A stretch of DNA of 64,000 nucleotides, taken from Laetmonice hystrix. Its lineage: Eukaryota. The stretch spans positions 31,808,001 to 31,872,000 of the forward strand of contig OZ249440.1 in assembly GCA_965235115.1 (NCBI GenBank). Direction: 5' to 3'. Positions 50,053 through 61,302 of this stretch are shown one piece after another. The notes beneath the pieces are model-generated. The model saw only the letters and a program-made list of their open reading frames with translations. It was not told the DNA's origin and ran no database searches. The position numbers and the translations under genes are program-made. The number at the start of each line of letters is the position of its first letter. Position 1 is the first letter of the stretch.

Positions 50053-52197
50053 TGTCGTACCCCTATCTCAGGGTACGGCTACTCCTGCACTATCAAGATG
50101 TGCTATATATATCGGGTGGATAAAAAAAAACGCCCCGAACTTTAAACTTCAATATTTCAAAAAGTAATGATTGTAATTCAATGAAATTTTTTCTAATATC
50201 ACTTCATGATGTTGTCTCTTAGTTGTTAATGTTACAACTCAATAGCTTAGATAATATTTCCGTGGGGCTAAAAACAAAAATTATTGTACAAAAGCGCAAT
50301 GCCGGCCTAAAGCGAGTTGTAGTCGCACCCAGAGTCCCTGGCCTCACACTCGAGTAAGTGGTCAATCGGTCACCCGGTTTCACTTCATACTACTCTTTTT
50401 CCATGGGCCAATGCACTTCCTAATCTCTGATAGGGAAATATATTCCCAACATTGGGAAATACGCAACGTTCTGAATGTGTTGCTAAACGTGATAATGATA
50501 CGATTTCCCTTGAACTTCTCGTTACAGTCATAATCGTCCTAATGTTGCAGTTTCTGTGTAGGGTTTGGCACATTAAACATCTGTTTTTCTCTAAAAGTAC
50601 TAGGAATAGCACATATTCTATTACATCTAGTGGTCCACAACATTATACATATTGTAAAACATGCAAAAACTAAATATTGAATTTTTTTTACCCAAGGTAC
50701 AATGCGGTGCATCAAACAGGTGTCAAATTGGACACCTGGCAGCTGCATGATATTTGACCTAATTCCGGCATTGCGTTTTTAGACACCGATTTTTGTTTTT
50801 AGCGCCACGGGATTAATATCAAAGCTATTGAGCTGAAACTTTAACATACCAGAGATAATATCATGAAGGGATATTAAGACAAATTTTATTGAATTATAGT
50901 GCATAGTTTTTGAAATATTAAAGTTTAAATTTCGGGGCGTTTTTTTTTATCCACCCGATATATCCGTACACCAGTAATTCACCAGTGTCACAGTTTTATC
51001 ATATAAATATACATTTCAGAACTCTACAAATATTGTAAACAGAGTAAATGTTCTTAGAGAATCTGTCAGAACTATTTTTATAAGCTATTTCCAGTTATTA
51101 ACGTTTATTCAGCCATATCAAACAATGGCCAACCATGCAGACGTATAGTCTATCAGTAGATTATAACAACGTCCTCAAAAACCGTTTACATTTTCCAGTA
51201 GACAATACCCAGAGTACTCTGTGGAGTCTCTGTCATTTCTTAAATGTCCACATGTTATTTATAAGTCTCTCAGGTTTTATTTAAGTGCACTTAACTGTAA
51301 CTTTTAAACTACATGAAAACAAACAACATATTTATTACCAAAGTGTAGCTCTTTGTGCAGAGCATAATTCTAGATTAGTCATTTTATCCTATATATTTTA
51401 TCCAAGCAGTTATTCGACTTGGAAGCTTTTTGTACCTTCTATCCCCGTTGATGAGTTATTAATTAGCGCCTCGCGTAACGAGGGAGCGTCGTCTTCCATT
51501 CCAAATTTTGATCTCCATCTTCCTGGAAGATGGGGATGAGCCAATGGGAGGCCGACACGCGGCTACCGTCTTGGAGGGTTGTGGATCAGTGTATAATCTA
51601 AGTGAGCCAAAACTCGCTCTCTTACCTCAAACTCAGCAATCAACACACATCAAATATTTCTCTACGGCTCTGGCTTCCTATGCCAGCGGCCTCCGACACA
51701 CCACGTGTGTCATCACTGACAAAGAACTTTTATAAGCCTGAGTATCCACAAACTCCAAGCGGTAAGTCCTTCTCGATTTTTCCAACAGCTTGTGCCGATC
51801 GTTGTATGTTTCGGTACACACGATTTGTTCTGGTTTTTCCCAGGTTACTTGTAATTCTATAACTAGGGACGCGTCCAGCCACGCCGTCCGCCATTCTTGA
51901 AAATTTGTTCAGCATCCCCTGATGCTCAAGCCGCACACGTGCGCACCATTATTAATTTTACTCCCCATTAAACTTACTCCTTTCCTCTTAAAACGTATTG
52001 GACTTTTCATTTTCATTATTGTTAGTTCGTGGTGAAAACCGCTCCACGACAATTGGCGGAGAACCCGTCCCACAATAATTGCTGGAGAACCCAAAGCGAC
52101 TCCACGATAATTGGTGGTCAAACCCGGTTCCACGAAAATTGCTGGAGAACCCAAAGTGACTCCACGACAATTGGTGGTCAAACCTGGTTCCACGATA
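50053..52197 (+). repeat. 3' LTR of the nested element (contains MITE copy D)
   Basis: Follows the PPT; roughly 25 substitutions over ~0.87 kb vs the 5' LTR by eye; ends CCACGATA|GTAC. Confidence 0.9.
50110..50960 (-). mobile_element. Tc1/mariner internal-deletion derivative, copy D
   Basis: Same TIRs; absent from the twin 5' LTR (empty site ~36159-36166). Confidence 0.92.
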
Positions 52198-55001
52198 GTA
52201 CCAAACTAAGTTTCCAGAAAAATGACAGCAGAAACAAGAGCAATGATGGTAAAAGTGAGTCCAAGGACAAATCTGCTCGCCCCACATGCAATTATTGCAA
52301 GAAACCAGGTCATGTTATGTCGGATTGTTGGGTTCTTAAGAGAAAGAAAGAAAAAGACGCAGTTCCAAATGCTCTAGTTAGATCTTATATAGAGGCACCT
52401 ATTGTGAAAGCTAGTTCTTTTGAGGCTAAGGAGCCAGATATGTCTGACCTTGTGAAGGAGGAGTTTCTTCCATTTGTGTCAGAGGGATTCGTTTCTCTGA
52501 ATGAGAATTCCTCTCCTGTACCCATTAGGATTCTTCGAGACACTGGGGCATCTCAGTCACTTTTGATAGAGGACGCGTTGGCCTTATGTGATGAGTCTGC
52601 TACTGGTGATTTCCTTCTTGTTCAGGGTATTGAAGGGAGAATGGCGATTGTACCTCTGCACTCTGTGTATTTAAAGTCGGACTTAGTTACAGGACAGGTG
52701 AGGGTAGGAACTAGATCAAGTCTTCCTATTAAGGGTGTTTCTTTGTTGCTAGGAAACGACCTGGCTGGTGGAAAAGTTGTCCCCTCGATCCAGATGACGT
52801 CTAAGCCGAGCACGGAGGAAGTTAGTATGGATCCCACTTTGTTTCCTTCATGTGCAGTGACTCGGGCTATTGCCAAAAGGGCTAAGGAAGAGGAGGATTA
52901 TGTGCAGTGTAGCACTTGTCAATGTCATGATGCAGGGAAAACTGGTTGTGACGCGGTAGGGTCTACGAAGACTTCTACCTTTGATAATCTTGCAGACACG
53001 TTTTTTGGTTCTGTTTTCGAGCAGGATTCTGGTGACAGGTCTAGTGATCTTACAGTGTCTGAGGATTTGCCGTTGTCCAGGAATCAGCTGATTAAGGAAC
53101 AGATTAGTGATCCTGAGGTTTGTGAATTGAGGGACAGGGCTCTCCCCAAGGACGAGATTGAGAAAGTGCTGGTTGGTTACTATTTTGAAAACGGAGTGTT
53201 GATAAGGAAGTGGCGTCCCCCTGATATTCCTGCCAATGAAGAGTGGGCAGTTGTTCAGCAAGTTTTAGTTCCTAGCATTTATAGGAAGGATATATTGGCC
53301 ATGGCACATAGTTTGCCATTACGAGGTCATCTTGGTGTTAACAAGATAGTTAACAAGATCTCGAAACAGTTCTTTTGGCCAGGTTTGAGGAAGGATGTGT
53401 CCACCTTTTGTCGAACTTGTCATACTTGTCAGGTTGTGGGTAAACACACGTCAGACCCTCCTGTGGCTCCATTACAACCCATTCAGCTCTTGGAGAAGCA
53501 TTTTGCAGAGTGATCATAGACTGTGTAGGTCCGTTGCCCAAGACTAGGTCTGGGAATCAGGTCTAGGTCTGACAATAATGTGTGCGGCTACAAGGATTCC
53601 TGAGGCAGTCCCTCTGAGGAACATAAAGGCTAAGACAATTGCAAAGGCCCTGATTAAGTTCTTCACGTTGTTTGGTCTCCTAAAAGAGATCCAGTCGGAC
53701 CAAGGTAGCAATTTCATGTCTGGGTTGTTTCAACAGGTTGTGTATGAGCTTGGGGTGAAACAGATCATTCCAGTGCTTATCATCCAGAAAGTCAAGGTGC
53801 TTTGGAACGGTTTCATGGAACTCTGAAGACTATGATGAGAGTGTATTGTGAAGACAATGAGAAGGACTGGGATGAAGGTGTTCATCTGTTGTTGTTCGCT
53901 GCCAGGGAGGCAGTCCAGGAGTCTACTGGTTTTAGTCCTTTTGAGTTGGTGTTTAGCCATGAGGTTCGAGGCCCATTGGCTTTGTTGAGTGCTTACCAGG
54001 TGAAGTTTAAAGAAAGGGTACACAAGGCATGTTCAATCGCTAAGGATAATTTGGAGTCTAGTCAAAGAAAGATGAAAACATGGTATGATAGAAAGGCTAT
54101 ATTTAGAGTGTTCCAGCCAGGACAGAAAGTGTTGGTGTTGTTTCCCCTTCAATCCAACCCGTTGCAGGCTAGGTTTCACGGGCCGTATGAAATCCACTCA
54201 AAGCTGAATAACCTCAATTACATTGTCAAGACTCCAGATAGGAGAAAACCTACGCAACTTTGCCACATCAACATGTTAAAGCCCTATCATGACAGGTCTG
54301 AGTGTTGTGACCGTTGTTGAGGATGGTGTTGAGAGTTCTGAGGACAGTGTTGAGTGTCAAGAGGAGGAACCAAAGGTCAAGCCTGATATTCTTCCTTGTA
54401 AGCTGTCAAATTCAGAGGTTTTGCAACACTTTGATGTGAAAGTTGCCCATTTAGAACCTGAGCAACAAGACCAAATGAAAGAGTTGGTATTTAGGTATCA
54501 AGATTTGTTTCCTGATGTTCCAAAGAGGACATCAGTGACTGTTCATGATGTTGATGTTGGTGATGCCACACCCATTAAACAACATCCCTATCGGATGAAC
54601 CAAGAAAAATGTAAGATTGCTGAAAGTGAGGTAAAATGTATGTTGGAGCATGATATTATTCAACCTTCCCACTCAAACTGGAGTTCACCATGGTTCCTAA
54701 GCCTGATGGTAGTACAAGGTTTTGTACAGATTATAGAAAGGTGAATGCGGTCGGTAAGACTGATGTATTTCCTATTCCTAGAGTGGATGATTGTATCGAC
54801 AAAGTGGGTAAAGCAAAATACCTCACCAAAATTCATTTGTTAAAAGGTTACTGGTGTGTTCCCTTGACTGAGAGAGCCAGGGAAATATCAGCTTTTGTCA
54901 CACCATCTGGTCTGTATGAGTATCAAGTTCTTCCCTTCGGAATGAAAAATGCTCCTGCTACGTTTCAAAGGATGATACAATCAGTGATTAAAGATCTACC
55001 A
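52198..55001 (+). pseudogene. pol: Gmr1-like gag end and pol: CCHC, protease, integrase, truncated RT
   Basis: CNYCKKPGHVMSDC; LRDTGASQSL; HSLPLRGH...CRTCHTC; IDCVGPL, QSDQGSNF, ERFH; RFHGPY; then PIKQHPYR, RFCTDYRKVN, PFGMKNAPATFQR. Several frameshifts; ends before YxDD. Confidence 0.93.
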
Positions 55002-55101
55002 GCGATTAAATGGTCTACCCCTAACTTTAATTCGTAAGGGTGACGTGAGAACTGCTCAGTAGGCCTCGTCAGTTGTTCTCACATGCTGAAAATGGGGGTT
55101 G

Positions 55102-55256
55102 CAGTGCTGTAGGAAGGGAAAAAATATTGGGGGGGGGGGCAGAAGTGACGTCACAATGACTTATGCCTATGGCTCTACATTGAGCCTGCGGTGATTTTAT
55201 AAATATTGGGGGGTAGCTGCAGTAGTCCCCTCTGACCCCAGCTTCCTATGCCACTG
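55102..55256. mobile_element. hAT-like MITE
   Basis: CAGTG...TAGGAAG / CTTCCTA...CACTG termini; flanks GGTTG / GGTTA. Confidence 0.6.
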
Positions 55257-55289
55257 GGTTATAGCGGCCAGCTTTGACAGAACATGTTT

Positions 55290-55540
55290 AGTTGTTGAGT
55301 GACCCTGGCCCAGCGATTCTTGGACGCCCTGCGAAGACGCCCGTTATCGCAACTTTGCGGCCTTCGTTTTGGTACTAAACTTCTTCCACGGAGCATGAAA
55401 TCGATTTTTATAGAGATCCACGGTATTCCTATTTCTATTCCGACCTTGATTATAATTATTGGACATATATAACGTCCACACGGTCCGGTTGTTTATGAGC
55501 AAGTCGGGTCCGTAGCTCCGTCAACCATCTGCGGTGCACC
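55290..55540 (+). repeat. Dispersed repeat with an inverted copy at ~62685-62918
   Basis: GACGCCCTGCGAAGA...CCGTTATCGCAACTTTGC...GTCCACACGGTCC...GTAGCTCCGTCA matches the reverse complement of 62685-62918. Confidence 0.8.
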
Positions 55541-56956
55541 AAGTGAGCGGGAACTGATAAAAGTTAGATCGCTCGGGACTGGTATCCGAAACGGGTTGCT
55601 TCACTCTGTGCTTGAGCAGGTAGCATGACCTACTTATGCGGTCCGTTCCGTCGAGGTCGGAAACACGCACACCCGATAAACTGGGTCACCGCTCGTCGCC
55701 TGCGCTGCGCTGTATTTGACCAAACAAACTGAGAATTTCACCTATTAAGATAACATCCAACAAAATACATTTACGTATCTGTTGAAGTAACCTCTTTTGT
55801 GTACTCATAGCGAGTTTCAGTGCCAAAAGTGGTCTGAAACATGACTTTGAGGCGATGATGCGCGATAGGATCGAGATATAACCCCGGAAGCATATAGCGG
55901 TCGCTCGAACGCAGACCGCCAGCATGACAACAACTAGGTCACAAAACCTTGTGCTTTGGGGTCCTACGCAATAGGCCCATTCGACTGGCCGTTTTGCGTG
56001 AAGTAAATTTTTTCTCTGCGCAGTGACCTAGTTTCTGAAAAGTTACTTCACGGAGTGCAGCCACTAGAATGATATCGTGCTTCACAGATTCACCTGGCAT
56101 AAGCCTTGATAAGGTCAAGGTCGGCAACATAGTGGCAACCATGGCAACAGCAGACCATTTCAAAAATGAAACCACAGACTTAGGCCTAGACCTCTATAGG
56201 CACTGCCGACACTATCTGGCATACTCTTGAATCCTTGTCATAAATCATTTAAGGAATATGATGTAGCATATGGCTAGCCTAGGCTATATAGCTTTAATAG
56301 TAGGCCTATGTCCTTATCTGTCCATTCCTATCCTTAAATTCAACTGAGAAATATTTTATTTCAATTGGCTAATTACAGAAATCTACCGAAATCTATACAC
56401 GCTGCTTGGGGGTCGATTTCAGTAGGTGGAGATCGATTTCAGATTTCGATAATTAGTTAGGCGGTCGATTTCGGTGGATTTCAGTAGATCCCATTTAGAT
56501 TTCGGTAGATTTCTGTAATTCTTATTTAGATTTCGGGAGATTTTGGGCGATTTCAGTAATTTTTCATACTGGCCCGGGCCATCTTGGCTGGAACTTCACG
56601 AACTTCACGCAGTCAAGTCTTCGTGACATTTCGCTGAGCAGGAAATTTCACGAAGCAGCCCGCCGAATGTAATCATTACTTAACGAAAAAAGATACTTCA
56701 CGAAAACGGCCAGTCGAACGGGCCTAATGTCTTTACCCTAATCCATGGGAGTTGGTACACACAATTTGATGACGTTTTCGACATCTCTAGTAACTGAACT
56801 TTCCAGACACAATGTGTTGTTTTATACCACATTCTGTATGACACTTATCTTTTTTGGTCATAGCCTTTAGGAACAACACAAAAAAGACAATGAATAGCAA
56901 TATTGCTCCAGGCAAGAAAAAAATTATTTCGCCTTGAAGTTCATACATTATGTATA

Positions 56957-57304
56957 CAGACCTGCCAACATTGCCAATTTTTTTCTGCATAGCAACATTC
57001 AGCCCCATGGCCCAAAATGGCACAGCCAGGGCACAGGAGGGGGATATCCCCCTTCTACTGAGGGATATGGGGAGCCACCCCCCAAAAAAATTAAATTAAG
57101 GGTTCTTCCAGATGCATTCTGAGCACATTTTGAGCAGAAAGTGATGCCTAACATCGGCAGTTCTTTTTCAAGCGGCGGTGAAAAGACGATTTTTACAGTA
57201 AATAGCCATTTCCAGAGGTTTTTGCGTAGGATATGTAGGACTGAGCGTAGCAGCGTAGTGGGAGTGTCACATGCGTACCAAATGCGTAGCAGTTGGCAGG
57301 TCTG
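56957..57304. mobile_element. hAT-like MITE
   Basis: TIR CAGACCTGCCAAC; TSD unclear. Confidence 0.65.
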
Positions 57305-58286
57305 CATTATATCATCCCATCTTACCTACATTTTGGTAAATTAAGTTTACTTTGTCTTTAATATTTAAAATCTCTCCAGATGTGAAATATGGTGGTGCAC
57401 ACCAGGAACGACGTCTAAACGTGATATAGGGGATACAATATTAAACCAAACAATGTCACAGACTTAGAATTGTTTAGCAAGACCCTTCTTTTCTTAATCA
57501 TTGCAAGCACTGAGGTCGAGGTCGGCAGCTGGATGAAACGGTATGCCTAGTCTAGATCCTACTCTTTTGCCGCATATTTCTCATTTTATTGAAAGATGCT
57601 TTCAAAACTGCATGTTTGGAAACTAGAAAGGTTGGTGGATGTTATTATAGTATGGGATTATTTTGAAAATCTGCCTGGGGTCGGTAGAGGTCTAATCTAA
57701 TGGGCTTAGAGGCCTAGATCTGAACAGTCCAGGCCGGCATAGCCTATGTTGAGACAGGTTCTTTGGTTGAGATCATTGTACAAACAAGGCTCGCTACAAG
57801 TATAAGTCTCAGGAATATCGTTAAAAGAAAGGCACCTTTGGAAACGTTATGATCTATGGAATAACTCTGGGTACAAGAACTTGTAGGTGGAAAGGGCACA
57901 AGTTTTAAGACTTTTGTTGCTTTTTTGATAATATTTAAACAGTAGTACAAAAAAGATTTCTGGATAATATTAAATATATTCTATACTGTTTAAACCCTAT
58001 ACACTGTATATTCTTGTTTCAGTTACGACAAATTCTATCAAGACTGCCTCATCTGTAACACCGCCAGCGTTTTTTGAACCAACTGAGGTTAAAAAACCTA
58101 GGCTTTTTACACTGTCTGGGTAATTTTTCTATGCCAACCGGTGGTGGCACTGCGGCATACAGGACCTCAGAGCCTTGGAACAGTAGGGATGACGTCATAG
58201 TCGCGATCCCTCTCAGTACGCATCTATGGAGTAATCATTCCGATATAAACTTAACTGTGGCACCAAATAAGTGCAGAACAACTTAA

Positions 58287-58588
58287 AGGTGCTATTCGTG
58301 AAAAAAAATTCAATTTTTTTATTTTTAATTTTGTTGACGTTTATGTGATCCCACCTATCATGGAAATAGATTCAAACCAAAGGAAATCAAAATTTTTCAT
58401 GGAGACCCTGACACGCCCCACCATAGGAAATGGCTCTATCTCGGTGCGCACCGAGATAGGTTTCAAATGCTGCACACAAACTAATAGAAGGTTTATCAGG
58501 CCAATGGTATCGGTAGGAATTTTTTCTAGTACTATGTGCACAATGTATGATAGGAGAAATGTCATTCTGTGCGAGACGAATAGCACCT
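58287..58588. mobile_element. Kolobok-like MITE
   Basis: TTAA TSD, TIR AGGTGCTATTCGT. Confidence 0.8.
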
Positions 58589-59390
58589 TTAAAGGTACAA
58601 AATTTTTAAAACCTGCTAATATCGAACCCCTGCCATATAAATCAGCTTAGTGTCACATTTAAAACTCAAATAAATTGAAGTAAGACCAACCAAATGTAAT
58701 GTGAGAATGCTCAGCTGACTCCGTTGCAATCTAACGTTCTGCCCTCGAACCGCTTGGCCATTTTTTCCCACGCATAGTGCTGTGTGCCTCTCACAGTCTA
58801 GGGTAACGCTCAGAGTGTGGGGTTTCAAGGCCATCCACCGATCTATTTCAATGCCACGAGAACTGTCACGTCTTCTGTCCAACTCCTTTCTCAGTTTTTT
58901 AGCTGATTCTGCTGCATACATCGACTTTCATCGCTTAAAAGCCCTCGGCGGCATATTTACAAAGCAAGCGTATGATGATGATCAAATATGGTGGAGCAAT
59001 ACCTATTAGACCAGGACTATTATGGGATGTTGTTCAACGTGATTTGCAGTGCCCCTTCCGGAGAGTGGAGGCAAATTCAAACTCCTGCTAATTATCATGT
59101 TTTAGCTTCAGTCCGAATTTTAGTTCAACAGAAATCATCATACTGCAGTATTGCAGCAACAGTGTGCCTTCATATGTCAATAGGTGACTATAGGGAACAG
59201 GTAAGTGTTTTATTCTCGAAGATACTCGCGATGTCACTTTAATTTAGAATAATTATCACTTTCCCTGCCAGAGCAGGGAGGTCTTCAATCTTCAACCATA
59301 TCCCTCCCTGGTTAAACTGCTCAAATCAGAAATCTGCAATCTGACCCAAAAATTGGAGGTTTAGGGAAGCTGCTAATATAATGCACCTAC

Positions 59391-59580
59391 CTGTCTTTTT
59401 GACATCCTCAACAGCTGACAGCATTTCAGTTCGAATCTCAGGGTTTTCGTTTGCGATTTCTTCGCCTTTCTCTATGAAATTCTCTGTAGCTTTCTGAACT
59501 GCAGCACTGAGAACTTGTGCCTTTTTTGAACGTCCTTTCTTTTTTTTGGAGGGTCCCTTTTGATTCACTAACGTTGTCAC
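59391..59580 (-). CDS. CTNNA: alpha-catenin internal coding exon (N-terminal region), 190 bp
   Basis: Translates VTTLVNQKGPSKKKKGRSKKAQVLSAAVQKATENFIEKGEEIANENPEIRTEMLSAVEDVKKT-G, matching the alpha-catenin N-terminus. Acceptor TTTTCAG|GTG, donor ACAG|GTAGGT (phase 1). Confidence 0.95.
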
Positions 59581-59888
59581 CTGAAAACATTAACATATTG
59601 AATCTCATGAAACATTGAGAAAACAAGATCCCATCAGAGTCACAGCTCCCAACTGGGTCGGGATTAATTATCTTGGGGTAAGGGAACCATGTCCATATGA
59701 TACACAAACGAAACTTCATGACCAGTGTTCTAGCGGGCTCTAGCGAGGTGCCACGCTCACGGCGCCTACCACTCTGGGATTTCATCCCAACAAAAATCAA
59801 AATTAGGATCCAGGTAGGCAAATTTCGGCCAAAGAAATTGTGTTTCCTTCCAACGGACGGTTATGCAAATGTCGTGACCTATAGTCCT

Positions 59889-60065
59889 GGCCCTGGTTTT
59901 TAGTTCGCAAACTGAGTCTTAAGATTCAAATCTTAAGACTGAACTTTTGTTTCAAAGCTTCTGATTGGTCCTTGAAATGAAGTCAACCAGTGAGAGACCA
60001 TAACACAAGTCAGTCTTAAAATTCTAACCTTAAGATTGGTAAAATGACGAACTAAAAACCGGGCC
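59889..60065. mobile_element. Palindromic Harbinger-like MITE
   Basis: TIR GGCCC(T)GGTTTTTAGTTCG plus internal inverted TCTTAAGA motifs. Confidence 0.65.
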
Positions 60066-60068
60066 TTG

Positions 60069-60926
60069 GGGCCTGTTTCTCGAAAGTGTCGTAAGTTCAA
60101 CACTTATGCAAGGATTTACGCAAGGCATTACAAATGGCATAAGTCAAGGCGTAAGATGGTTTCTCGAGAGGTACTTACGGAAGACCTAACCTGAGGACTT
60201 GGGCATAACAGGGTACTGTAATGACACACTAGGTGGCATCAAAAAGAGGTCAAATAAGTGCGTTTTGTCATTGAAATAGCTTCACCAGTTCGAAGTGGCC
60301 ACCACATGAGAGAGAGGTCTGAGGACAGAGGTGTATAAAAATCAGTCACGCGGTGGTGCCTATAATCTTTCTGGGGGTAAATCAGAGGTACACATTAGAA
60401 ATGAACATAAGAATTGTCTCTTACATAAGATGTTTGTCCATTATTTTGAACAAGAGTAGCCCATAGTGAAACTAGGGGTACGATAGTGCATTCAAATGAT
60501 ACAAATTCATTAATACGGTACCAAATGCCATTATCAGTAAATCGATAAGTTTATATCTCTCTCATTTTCCTGTTCTATGTATAGTTTATGTTCGATTACG
60601 TCAGATTCATGACAATAATGTTCATCGTTTTTCAGTGTAGCAAATGATGCTACATTGAGGAAAATCAAAGTAAAATCAAGTTTACTGCTAACACTTTTCT
60701 ACCCATAATTTGGACTTCTATTGAGTATGCGGCTTTTAACCTGCCCAATGTTTTCCTGCTTCACTGGTCAATGGTCACTTTCCACTAACCACTCAGAATC
60801 GGTTGCGTACGTCACCTCGCTGGTGGTCGTAACTTTAGACCTGATTTACGCAACGGAGCAAAGTTGCGCAGCCGTCGAGAAACACCAACAATAGGATACG
60901 CATGGCGTAACTCGAGAAACAGGCCC
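60069..60926. mobile_element. Harbinger-like non-autonomous element
   Basis: TIR GGGCCTGTTTCTCGA; 3-bp flanks TTG / CTG. Confidence 0.7.
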
Positions 60927-61302
60927 CTGCACCGTAATTTGGGAACTTGGGAGGTCATCCAGTTCAACCCCCACTTGAAACCCCAGAACATGTTATTATA
61001 TGGTTCTAGGTGATAATAGTGTGGGCAGTTAGTCTGCAAACCCGAATGTTATAAAAAGCAATCCTTATTTTATAGTAAGAAAGAGTGTTATTTCAGAGCG
61101 CTGTTGCTCAAAAACCTGTACTGGCCGGGTGCCTTGGGCTGCTAGAGCCGTCAACACGTTCGTTGTCATCGCCTGGGCCAGAGACTGGCCAGCGATAACG
61201 TCCTCATCATGTGCATTGGCTACAATTTTATAGCCTGGGTTTGTGCTTTCATTGTCACTTGTGACATCATAGTATAGTTAACTACGTATTTTGATACATA
61301 AT

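Larger units (their letters stand above)
36108..52197 (+). mobile_element. Nested Gypsy LTR element with env-like remnant
   Basis: Two LTRs starting TGTCGTACCCC, 4-bp TSD GTAC (36104-36107 / 52198-52201), PPT GGGGGGAGA at 50044-50052, integrase C-terminal remnant and env-like motifs. Confidence 0.9.
28202..55001 (+). mobile_element. Gmr1-like Ty3/Gypsy retrotransposon, 3'-truncated, with nested insertions
   Basis: 5' LTR, tRNA-Pro PBS, gag, CCHC, protease, integrase and then RT; stops inside RT at ~55001 with no RNase H or 3' LTR in the window. Confidence 0.9.

Noticed and set aside
52030..52197. CRISPR-like repeat-spacer pattern
   Set aside because: Eukaryotic LTR context, ~12-bp repeat, spacers related to each other and no cas genes; better explained as LTR-end/PBS units.
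52029..53513. 494-aa ORF as an intact gene
   Set aside because: The first ~56 codons are LTR sequence fused by chance to Gmr1 gag-pol, and it ends at a frameshift in integrase.
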